Shown here: piece after piece, positions 48,741 to 56,438 of the stretch
How the letters are laid out: the number at the start of each line of letters is the position of its first letter
Numbering within the stretch: the stretch's first letter is position 1
Source of the DNA: Candidatus Eiseniibacteriota bacterium
GTDB lineage: Bacteria; Eisenbacteria; RBG-16-71-46
Assembly: GCA_963776245.1 (NCBI GenBank)
Contig: CAVZLN010000009.1
Coordinates: forward strand, 64,001 to 128,000
Direction: 5' to 3'
Length of the DNA: 64,000 nt
Notes under the pieces: model-generated
The model's database searches: none
What the model saw: the letters and a program-made list of their open reading frames with translations, nothing else
Told to the model about the DNA's origin: nothing
Program-made: the position numbers and the translations under genes

Positions 48741-50882
48741 ATGAGTCTGAGACGTCTCGCGGTCCTCTTCGTCCCCGTCCTCCTCGGGCTCGTGTCGGCG
48801 ACCCTGCCGGGCCGTGCGCAGAGCCCGTCCCCCCGTTTCGCGTTCGCCGACACCACCCTGCTGCGCGACACGCTGGGGCTGACCTTCGAGAACCTGTTCC
48901 CGGTCGCCGACAGCCTGCGGGTCACGCCCGACACCCTGCGCGCGCTCTCGATCCGCTACCGCGCTCCGCTGTGGCGCATCCTGCGCCTGGCCGACAGTCT
49001 CGCGGTGCCGATGGACAGCGTGAGCGCGGTGATGGAGCGCGAGCGCTTCAACCCGCTCTCCGCCGTCGGGAGGCATCAGAACGCGTTCGCCTACACCAGC
49101 ACGTACAACATCGCGAGGACCTCCGGGACCTGGTCCAACACCTCGGATTGGAACCGGATCTCGGGGCCGCTGGTGGTCAAGAACACGACCTCGGTCACGA
49201 TGGAGCGGGACAATGCGACCAACGGCACCTCGGTGCGGCAGACGCGCGACATGACCACCGAGGCCGGCTGGCGGGTCTCCCCCGATTTCTCGGTGGGCGC
49301 GCGCGCCCATATCTACCGTTTCGACGCGGCGGCCCTGCGGCAGGGATCGAGCGACGCCGCCACCACCAACGAGTTCTCCGCGCCGCTGCGCCTGCGTGCG
49401 CGGCCTGCCAAGGACTTCACGACCGAGCTCAACCTGCTGCCGGGGGTGGTCGAGCTGAGCGATCTGCGCCAGGTCAAGCGCGGCTCGAGCGCCCAGATCG
49501 ACGGACGCGCGCGCTATTCGAGGGGCTCCGCGTTCACCGGCGACCTGAGCGGCGTGCTCTCCGGCAATCTGGCCCGCACCCGGCTGCCCACCTCTCCCCT
49601 GACGCTGAGGACCGAGGACAGGCGGACGGCGATGAATGGCACCGTGGGGCTGTTCCCGAACGAGCCGCTGGGCGCCAATCTGACCTTTCGTCTCGGACAG
49701 ACCGCGGTCGGGACCCCGCTCGACAGCGGACGGGTGCAGCAGCTGGTCACGCGGGACAATGGCGCGGACCTGACGGTGGCCGGACGGCTCGACAACGACC
49801 GGCTGATCAACGTCGGCGGTCACTACTGGAACTCACGGCGCGTCCAGAACAACCTCCTGAACTCGGTCAGCACCGGCAAGCACATCGGGCTCACCGTCGA
49901 CGGGCGTTACACCCTGGTGGGAGTGGAATTGACGGGGCAGTTCGCCAACGCTTTCGAGCGGCCGGAGTACCCCCAGCGCGGGCCGGCGGGGGGCTACGGC
50001 CAGCGCAGCCATGCGCGCTCCATCGATGTCGACGCCCGGCGCACGCTGGCGAGCGGGCTGCTGCTCCTGCGGGCCAAGGCCAACGTCCGGCTGACCTCCG
50101 ACCGCTACTACGTCATCAAGAGCTACCCGACGCCCCCGGTCGACAACGACCGCTACGACCAGGGCTACCGGCTCGAGTTACGGTACACGCACAGCGAGGC
50201 CCTCAACAGCGGCATCGCACTCGACGTGCACCGCACGCTCACCATCAACATCCCGAAGGAAGCCACGGGTTCGAACAACGAGGATCGCCGGTACACCGCG
50301 GAGTGGCAATGGAGCTACCGCCTGTTCCGCGACCTCACCGCCAGCCAGAGCAACGCGATCACCGCCGACTACATGCGCTACACCTACCAGCCACTGGCCT
50401 CCCGGCTCGCGCTGCTCTACCGGACGACCACCACGCTCGCCGCCGTGCTCTCGCCCCGCTTCGACTTCAACGTGTCCCATAACGTGATCCACCAGCCCGG
50501 AGGCAACTTCACGGTGCAGCCCGACGGACTCGAGGCGCTCACCAAGTCCGACCTGACCAAGAGCTACCAGCTCAGCGGGGCCTTCTCGTACCGCCCCGCC
50601 AATCCCGTCGCGCTCACCATCCGCCCGGCCTACAACGCGGGCCTCCGGAGCGCCACCCAGAACGGAGTGATGGTCCCCAGCCGCTCGGACAAGGGTTTCT
50701 CGTTCGCGGGCGGCGCCACCCTGAACGTCCCGATCGGCGAGCGCGCCCGGCTCACCGGCACCATCAACCGCTCGAGTTCGAGCGCGAGCTCGACGACCTA
50801 CGTGCAGGGAGTCCCGAAGGTGCAGCCGGCGACCTCCCAGGGCTTCTGGAACGGCAGTCTCAACCTCTCGTGGACCCTGTGA
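48741..50882 (+). CDS. Hypothetical exported protein, probable outer-membrane beta-barrel
   Basis: Signal peptide, amphipathic Ser/Thr/Asn/aromatic strands, C-terminus LNLSWTL; TTGACC-18-TAGCCT upstream. Confidence 0.7.
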   Translation: MSLRRLAVLFVPVLLGLVSATLPGRAQSPSPRFAFADTTLLRDTLGLTFENLFPVADSLRVTPDTLRALSIRYRAPLWRILRLADSLAVPMDSVSAVMERERFNPLSAVGRHQNAFAYTSTYNIARTSGTWSNTSDWNRISGPLVVKNTTSVTMERDNATNGTSVRQTRDMTTEAGWRVSPDFSVGARAHIYRFDAAALRQGSSDAATTNEFSAPLRLRARPAKDFTTELNLLPGVVELSDLRQVKRGSSAQIDGRARYSRGSAFTGDLSGVLSGNLARTRLPTSPLTLRTEDRRTAMNGTVGLFPNEPLGANLTFRLGQTAVGTPLDSGRVQQLVTRDNGADLTVAGRLDNDRLINVGGHYWNSRRVQNNLLNSVSTGKHIGLTVDGRYTLVGVELTGQFANAFERPEYPQRGPAGGYGQRSHARSIDVDARRTLASGLLLLRAKANVRLTSDRYYVIKSYPTPPVDNDRYDQGYRLELRYTHSEALNSGIALDVHRTLTINIPKEATGSNNEDRRYTAEWQWSYRLFRDLTASQSNAITADYMRYTYQPLASRLALLYRTTTTLAAVLSPRFDFNVSHNVIHQPGGNFTVQPDGLEALTKSDLTKSYQLSGAFSYRPANPVALTIRPAYNAGLRSATQNGVMVPSRSDKGFSFAGGATLNVPIGERARLTGTINRSSSSASSTTYVQGVPKVQPATSQGFWNGSLNLSWTL

Positions 50883-51571
50883 TGCGCTCACTCTCCCGAC
50901 TGACTCTCTCGCTCACCCTGACGTGGCTCGCCACGGTCGGCCTGGCCGGTGGCTGCGAACTCTTCAGGCCCGCCACGGCCGAGGGACCCCCGCCCGCCAA
51001 GGAGCTCGTGCACGAGGACTTCAGTTCGCCCGAGGCCACGCTCGCGACCATGGTCGGCGCGGTCGCGGCCAAGGTGCCCGGGGTGCGCAGCTGGATGAAC
51101 TCGCTCGCGGACCCGCAGCGTGACAACGGCGCGGCGTTCTCGGCCCTGTTCGACGAGACCGTGGTGCTGGCGTACGGGACCGGCGCGCCCTCCTCCTGGG
51201 GGAGGACGCAGGAGGAGACGTTCTACGGGGACTTCCTCAGCAAGTGGAGGACCGGCCGGGACTCCCTCGCCTGGCGCCCGGTCGAGAACCTGCCCGATCC
51301 CGACCCCGACCCCGCGACCCCCGACCTCCGCGTGCTCATCCGAGACTACCAGGTCTGGAACGTGACGCCGCAGCCGGACGGTTCGGTCACCTACCAGCGC
51401 ATCGCCATCGGCCGCGGCTATCTCACCTTCCTTCGCAGCGGGTCAGCCTGGAGGCTGCTGCAGTGGGACGACCGCGTGGATCCGGTCATCACCGCCACGC
51501 CGCCAGCCGGCCAGTTGCAGGACCGGTCCTACTCGTGGCGGCGCCTCGAGTCCACTGGAGGAGGATCATGA
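50882..51571 (+). CDS. Hypothetical lipoprotein
   Basis: Lipobox LAGG/C; stop-start overlap with the upstream gene. Confidence 0.7.
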   Translation: MRSLSRLTLSLTLTWLATVGLAGGCELFRPATAEGPPPAKELVHEDFSSPEATLATMVGAVAAKVPGVRSWMNSLADPQRDNGAAFSALFDETVVLAYGTGAPSSWGRTQEETFYGDFLSKWRTGRDSLAWRPVENLPDPDPDPATPDLRVLIRDYQVWNVTPQPDGSVTYQRIAIGRGYLTFLRSGSAWRLLQWDDRVDPVITATPPAGQLQDRSYSWRRLESTGGGS

Positions 51572-52362
51572 AGACGGCGCTCCGCCTGGTCGCGTGCGGC
51601 CTGGCGCTCACGGTGCTCTCGCTGGGCCTCGCGGGGTGTTTCGATCCCTTCAGCCCTCGCATCGCGACCGGGATCGGGATCGCCCAGAAGAAGCCCGTGC
51701 CCAACACCCCCGAGGGCGTGATCCTGCTGTTCCAGTGGTGCTATCGGAATCGCGCCCTGGCCGAGTACAAGGAGATCTTCACCGACGACTACGTGTTCAC
51801 GTTCTCGGCCCTCGACCCGTTCGGCGCGCCCTATCGCGACCGTCCCTGGCGTCGCGAGGACGAACTCATCTCCGCCGAGCGCCTGTTCGTCACCGGGAAC
51901 GCGGGCGAGGAGGCCGCCACCGCCATCACCCTCAATTTCGGCAACACGCTGGTGGATTTCGCCGACGACCGCAGGGGCAAGGACCCCAGGTACCACCGCT
52001 CGGTGAACGTCCGGGTGGTCCTCGACGTGCAGCGCCCATCGGACGTCCTGAACGTGGATGGGGACGCGAAGTTCTATGTCGTGCGCGGCGATTCCGCGGC
52101 CATCCCGCCCGAGATCCATCTCCAGCCCGACTCCCTGCGCTGGTACATCGAGGGCTGGGAGGACAACACGGTCCAGTCCGCCGCCGCGGCACACGCGAGG
52201 CCGACGGCGTCGACCCCGGTCACGCGCGGCCTCCGCGCTGCGGACCCGGCGGCCGCGGCTCCGACCCACAGCCTGTCCTTCGGCCAGTTGAAGGCGCTCT
52301 ATCGCTCGGACGCCACGCTGGCCGGGGCGTCCCGGGGCAGGCTCCCCTCGCGCACGCCCTGA
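51568..52362 (+). CDS. Hypothetical lipoprotein, paralogous to the preceding gene
   Basis: GGAGGA RBS, lipobox LAG/C; shares motif order with the upstream lipoprotein. Confidence 0.75.
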   Translation: MKTALRLVACGLALTVLSLGLAGCFDPFSPRIATGIGIAQKKPVPNTPEGVILLFQWCYRNRALAEYKEIFTDDYVFTFSALDPFGAPYRDRPWRREDELISAERLFVTGNAGEEAATAITLNFGNTLVDFADDRRGKDPRYHRSVNVRVVLDVQRPSDVLNVDGDAKFYVVRGDSAAIPPEIHLQPDSLRWYIEGWEDNTVQSAAAAHARPTASTPVTRGLRAADPAAAAPTHSLSFGQLKALYRSDATLAGASRGRLPSRTP

Positions 52363-52470
52363 CCTCCGGGGCCGCGCCGGCGGCCGGACAGGTGGTCGAG
52401 GCTTCAGCGTCCCCGGGACCCGGCGTGGGGCTCCCGCCGCGCGGGCCCAGGCACGACCGCCGCGCGGGCA

Positions 52471-52503
52471 CAAGCACGAAGGGCGCCCCGTGAAGGGCGC
52501 CCC
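52471..52503 (-). terminator. Putative intrinsic terminator of the porin-like gene
   Basis: GGGCGCCC-TTCACG-GGGCGCCC followed by TTCGTGCTTG on the minus strand. Confidence 0.55.
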
Positions 52504-52527
52504 CATGCGACCTGAAGCCGCGATCGA

Positions 52528-53934
52528 CTAGAACGAGTAGGTCGCGGAGACCCGGCCGAACAACGGGTAGCTGTTGTTCCCGAACAGGTACGTGGTCGGG
52601 TTGTGGAAGAAGTCCTCGATCAGCGTGCCGTCGAACTGCAGCGTGCCGAGCTTGACGCCCGCGCCGAGGTGCATCGAGAAGTCCGAATACGCGTACTTCG
52701 TGATCACCTCGCGCTTCAGCGGCTGCACCGGCGTCCCGCCCTGCTCGTAGGTCCGGACCTCGGTGTACTTGTCGTTGCCGAACATCACCTTGTCGCCACC
52801 GAAGCGGAGCGTGAGCCAGGGGTTCACGTGGGTCTCGAGGGCGGCGAACATCGTCGGCATCGTGCTGTACGTGTCCTTGTAACGGTACGAGTAGTACCGG
52901 CCGTCGTACCCTTCCGAGCCGAGCCGGTCGGTCTTCTGCTCGTCCACGGAGGAAGCGAACGTGAAGCCGGCCACGAACAGGTCGTTCTGGTTGAGCGTCC
53001 AGTTGCCGGCCAATCCCACCTGCCAGCCCTTCTCGGTGTGCGTGTCCAGCGTGTCCCGCGCCCGGTAGAGGGCCCCATTGACCGTCGGGTCCTGATTCGG
53101 ATGGAAGGTCGACGACAGGTCGAACGAGAACATCTTGAACACCGGGATCACCATCACGTTCGGCTGCCACTGCCACATCAGGCGGGCGGAGGCCAGATAG
53201 GCCGCGCCGCCGTCCTCTTTGAGATTCCCGTAGATGCTGCCGTCATCCATCCAGTTGTAGTAGCTGTAGTTCTTGGTCTCGAACTTCCGGCTCTCGTACA
53301 GGAAGGCCACCTCGGCCTTGGTGTTCGGGTTGAGCTCGAAGCCCAGCCCGCCACCGAAGCCCATGGAGTTCCGGTCGTAGTTGCCATCGCCCAGCAGGTT
53401 CTGCTGGTTGTAGTCGTTCTTGGTCGAGTCGGGCGTGAACTTGTGGAAGGTCCGATTCACCCGCAGTCCGAGGCTCATGGTGCCGAACTTCTTGCCCCAC
53501 ATGAGGTCGAACGCCTGGTTGTACCCGCCACTGTTCGGGTCGTAGCCCAGGAGACCGGTGTCGAGCCACGTGTTCGGGGTGCCCAGCTCGGGGGCCTGGT
53601 CGCGCATGTGGAACGAGAACGTGCCGAACTTGCCGTCCCACAGGTTCCCGAGCACCGCGCCGATGCTGCGGTCATAGGTGTACTGCCCGGCGTACTGGAC
53701 ACCCAGCTGAGGGGCCCCGCCGCCGCCGTAGTAGTCGCTCTGACCGAAGTCGCCGTACACGAGGTTGCCCACGTTCGGCACGCACGACGGGTAGGCGAAG
53801 ATGTTCGTGTAGTCCTTGATGTAGTCGCCCTGCACGTCCAGACCCTCGACGCGGGCGGCCTGGCCGAATGCCACGACCGGGAGCGCGATGGCGAGGACGG
53901 TGAGGGTCATCATCTTCTTGAGTCGAGACTGCAT
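52528..53934 (-). CDS. Probable major outer-membrane porin-like beta-barrel protein
   Basis: AAGGAGG RBS, signal peptide, Tyr/Phe/Gly/Asn/Asp-rich, strong codon bias, C-terminal RVSATYSF. Confidence 0.8.
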   Translation of the reverse strand: MQSRLKKMMTLTVLAIALPVVAFGQAARVEGLDVQGDYIKDYTNIFAYPSCVPNVGNLVYGDFGQSDYYGGGGAPQLGVQYAGQYTYDRSIGAVLGNLWDGKFGTFSFHMRDQAPELGTPNTWLDTGLLGYDPNSGGYNQAFDLMWGKKFGTMSLGLRVNRTFHKFTPDSTKNDYNQQNLLGDGNYDRNSMGFGGGLGFELNPNTKAEVAFLYESRKFETKNYSYYNWMDDGSIYGNLKEDGGAAYLASARLMWQWQPNVMVIPVFKMFSFDLSSTFHPNQDPTVNGALYRARDTLDTHTEKGWQVGLAGNWTLNQNDLFVAGFTFASSVDEQKTDRLGSEGYDGRYYSYRYKDTYSTMPTMFAALETHVNPWLTLRFGGDKVMFGNDKYTEVRTYEQGGTPVQPLKREVITKYAYSDFSMHLGAGVKLGTLQFDGTLIEDFFHNPTTYLFGNNSYPLFGRVSATYSF

Positions 53935-54167
53935 ATTGGAAAGCCTCCTTGGCGAGAGAGAGCTGAGACGCCACGATGCAGATCAAGCCAGACTTCATGT
54001 GGCCAGTGCTACAACGCGGTCAGGTTCCGAGCCCCACCTCCTTTCAATGGATTCTTGGATGATCCCCATAACAAGCCAAATGCTCCATCACTTCCATGGG
54101 ATGGAGCTCACGCTGAAATGCCAGAACCTAGCCTCCCGGTGGAGGGTCCTGGCGAACGCCCGGACGC

Positions 54168-54197
54168 ACGGTAGGAAAGGGCACGGAAGCTTGTCAA
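54168..54197 (-). promoter_or_regulatory. Putative sigma70 promoter of the porin-like gene
   Basis: TTGACA-18 nt-TACCGT, about 230 nt before the ATG. Confidence 0.55.
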
Positions 54198-55045
54198 GGC
54201 GATTCTTCCCGGGCGGGCCGGTCGGGAGCCGCTCCACGAGGCCTCCGGATGTCCACGAGTTGGATGGCCAATGCGCTGTCGTACAACGGATTGTCGCGGT
54301 CCATCGAGCCCATCCGGACGCGCCCCTGGGCATGGGCGAAGTACCCCCCGCCGAGCGCCAGTCCGACGTGGGCCACGCGTTCACCGGGCGGGGCGAAGAA
54401 CAGCAGGTCCCCGGGCGCCACCTGCGAGCCGCGCGGGAGCCTGCGGGACGCCCGGCGCTGCTGATGCGCGTCGCGCGGTAGATCCAGCCCCTGCTCCGCC
54501 ATCACCTGCTGGACGAATCCCGAACAGTCGAACCCCGCGCTGCTCCGCCCACCCCACAGGTAGGGCACCCCGAGCAGCGATTCGACGCGGGAGATGAGCG
54601 CGGGAGCCCGCTGCCGGTCGCTCGCGAGCGCCGTGGCCTCCACCCAGCCCCGGCGCCCATCGGGCAGTTCGACCTGGCGGAACCCGGCGCGCGCGCGGCC
54701 CGGGATCACCCGCGTGTTCCAGTGGAGCGGGCTCACCTGCAGGCCCGCGCCCGGCCGGGAGCGGGCCAGGACGACCGGCGTCTCCACGCGCGCGCGGGCC
54801 CGGCGGCGCCAGCTCTCCGCTCGCGCCGCGGTCGTTCCCACCAGCCCCCAGGCCCGCACCCAGCCCCGGTACCCATCGGCGTCGTTCTCGACCCGCCACC
54901 AGCGGCCGTCCCGCCCCACCCCGAGCACCCGGACGGTCTCTCCCATCAGCAGCTGGCTCCGCATCTCGCTCGCATGGTCGGGCGCGCGCCGCAGGTCGAG
55001 GACCGCGCTCGCCACCACGGCGCGAGGATGCGGAGGACCGGTCAC
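54194..55045 (-). CDS. SH3b plus NlpC/P60 (C40) peptidoglycan peptidase
   Basis: SQLLMGE..DGYRGWV, LGVPYLWGG, FDCSGF, LPRDA, GDLLFF, HVG, HA. Confidence 0.9.
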   Translation of the reverse strand: MTGPPHPRAVVASAVLDLRRAPDHASEMRSQLLMGETVRVLGVGRDGRWWRVENDADGYRGWVRAWGLVGTTAARAESWRRRARARVETPVVLARSRPGAGLQVSPLHWNTRVIPGRARAGFRQVELPDGRRGWVEATALASDRQRAPALISRVESLLGVPYLWGGRSSAGFDCSGFVQQVMAEQGLDLPRDAHQQRRASRRLPRGSQVAPGDLLFFAPPGERVAHVGLALGGGYFAHAQGRVRMGSMDRDNPLYDSALAIQLVDIRRPRGAAPDRPAREESP

Positions 55046-56313
55046 TCGAACCCCGGGCCGACGAGCGTGAAGCGCCCGAACCCCTCGCGGTCGACGAACA
55101 CGAACCGGCGGCTCGGCTGGTTGTAGTACCAGATCTCGATCTGCCCGGAGACCGGGCTCGCGGGGCGGGACTCGACCTGGTCGGCCGGCCCATAGGTGAT
55201 GTAGATGCGCCCCATGTCCGAGCGCCAGCCCGGTCCGAAACCCTGGAAATGCTGCTCGGCGTAGCGCAGGCGGCGGAAGAACTCGAGCAGCGCCTCGTTG
55301 CGCGGGGTGTCGGGCGAGGGGTCGCGGCGCTTCCAGAACTCCTCCCAGCCGCGTGCCTGATCCTCGGGCGCGAGCGCCTTCAGGCGCTCGATCTCGCCGG
55401 GCTCGGCGAGGTAGGAGAGCGGCTCGAGCAGGCGCAGGAACTCCTTGCCACGGGGCGGGCCGCTCTCCTCGACCTCGAAGGACCGCTCCGCGCGCCAGCG
55501 CGAGCGACCCTCCACCAGCTCGACCTGGAACACGTAGCTCCCCAGGAACAGGTCGCTCCGCGACGGTCGCAGGACGAGCGAATCAGCGGAGTGGGCGAGC
55601 GTCACGGTCTCGGTGCCGGCGACCATCTCGTCGGCCCGGTCGTCCAGGATCCGGTAATGGAGGGGATAGGTGCGGGGCCATGCCCCGGGACGGCGGTCGA
55701 ACAGCGAGACCCGGGCGCCGAGTTGCGTCACCTCGAGACCGAATCGCCGGCCCGCGGCGGGTCGGAACCCCCCCGCCGAGTCCGCCACCCCGAGCTCGAT
55801 GTCGGAGAAGCCGAGCGGCATCTTCGCGTAGTCGGGCAGGTCGAGCGCGCTCGACACGGTCGAGAGCTCCTTCGAGTTCAGGTCGCGCACCGAGACGTCG
55901 ACCCGATAGCGCCCGGGAGGCACCGCGAGCGTGCGCCGCTCGGCGAGCGTCGCCCCGGGCTCGCGCGTGACCGCGAAGCCCCCGACGACGATGCGGCGGC
56001 TCCACACGTCGCCGAACAGGCGCCCCTTCCCACTCGGACGCAGCGCCACCGTGAACTCCGCCCCGGCCGCGTACCCCGCGGGGACCTTGAGCCACTGGAG
56101 CTCGGTGTGGGGCACGGTGATGGTCACCCCGGCGGCGGGCTGGCCCGCGGCATCCACCGAGATCGCCACGTCGGCGGTGAACTCGGGCTGGCGCGTGGCC
56201 CTCAGCGGGGCCAGGTCCTCGGCCAGCGCGGCGCGCGCGGCACCGCACGTTCCGATGAGTGCGGCGAGGAGGACGGACGCCAGTCGGCGGGCGCGAGGGC
56301 TCAGGCAGGACAC
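55042..56313 (-). CDS. GWxTD-domain protein
   Basis: EFWKRRDPSPDTPRNE, RLRYA, GWRSDMGRIYITYGPAD, EIWYY, FVFVD; signal peptide. Confidence 0.88.
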   Translation of the reverse strand: MSCLSPRARRLASVLLAALIGTCGAARAALAEDLAPLRATRQPEFTADVAISVDAAGQPAAGVTITVPHTELQWLKVPAGYAAGAEFTVALRPSGKGRLFGDVWSRRIVVGGFAVTREPGATLAERRTLAVPPGRYRVDVSVRDLNSKELSTVSSALDLPDYAKMPLGFSDIELGVADSAGGFRPAAGRRFGLEVTQLGARVSLFDRRPGAWPRTYPLHYRILDDRADEMVAGTETVTLAHSADSLVLRPSRSDLFLGSYVFQVELVEGRSRWRAERSFEVEESGPPRGKEFLRLLEPLSYLAEPGEIERLKALAPEDQARGWEEFWKRRDPSPDTPRNEALLEFFRRLRYAEQHFQGFGPGWRSDMGRIYITYGPADQVESRPASPVSGQIEIWYYNQPSRRFVFVDREGFGRFTLVGPGFE

Positions 56314-56438
56314 GCGCGAAACGCTAGCACAGGGGGCGGGGGCCACAAAGCGTTCGAACCCACTACTGGTGGCGCCCCGGTTGTGTCATCATCGGCACGG
56401 GCCGGGAAGAGGTGGACCGACCGGGTCCCCCGTAGGAC

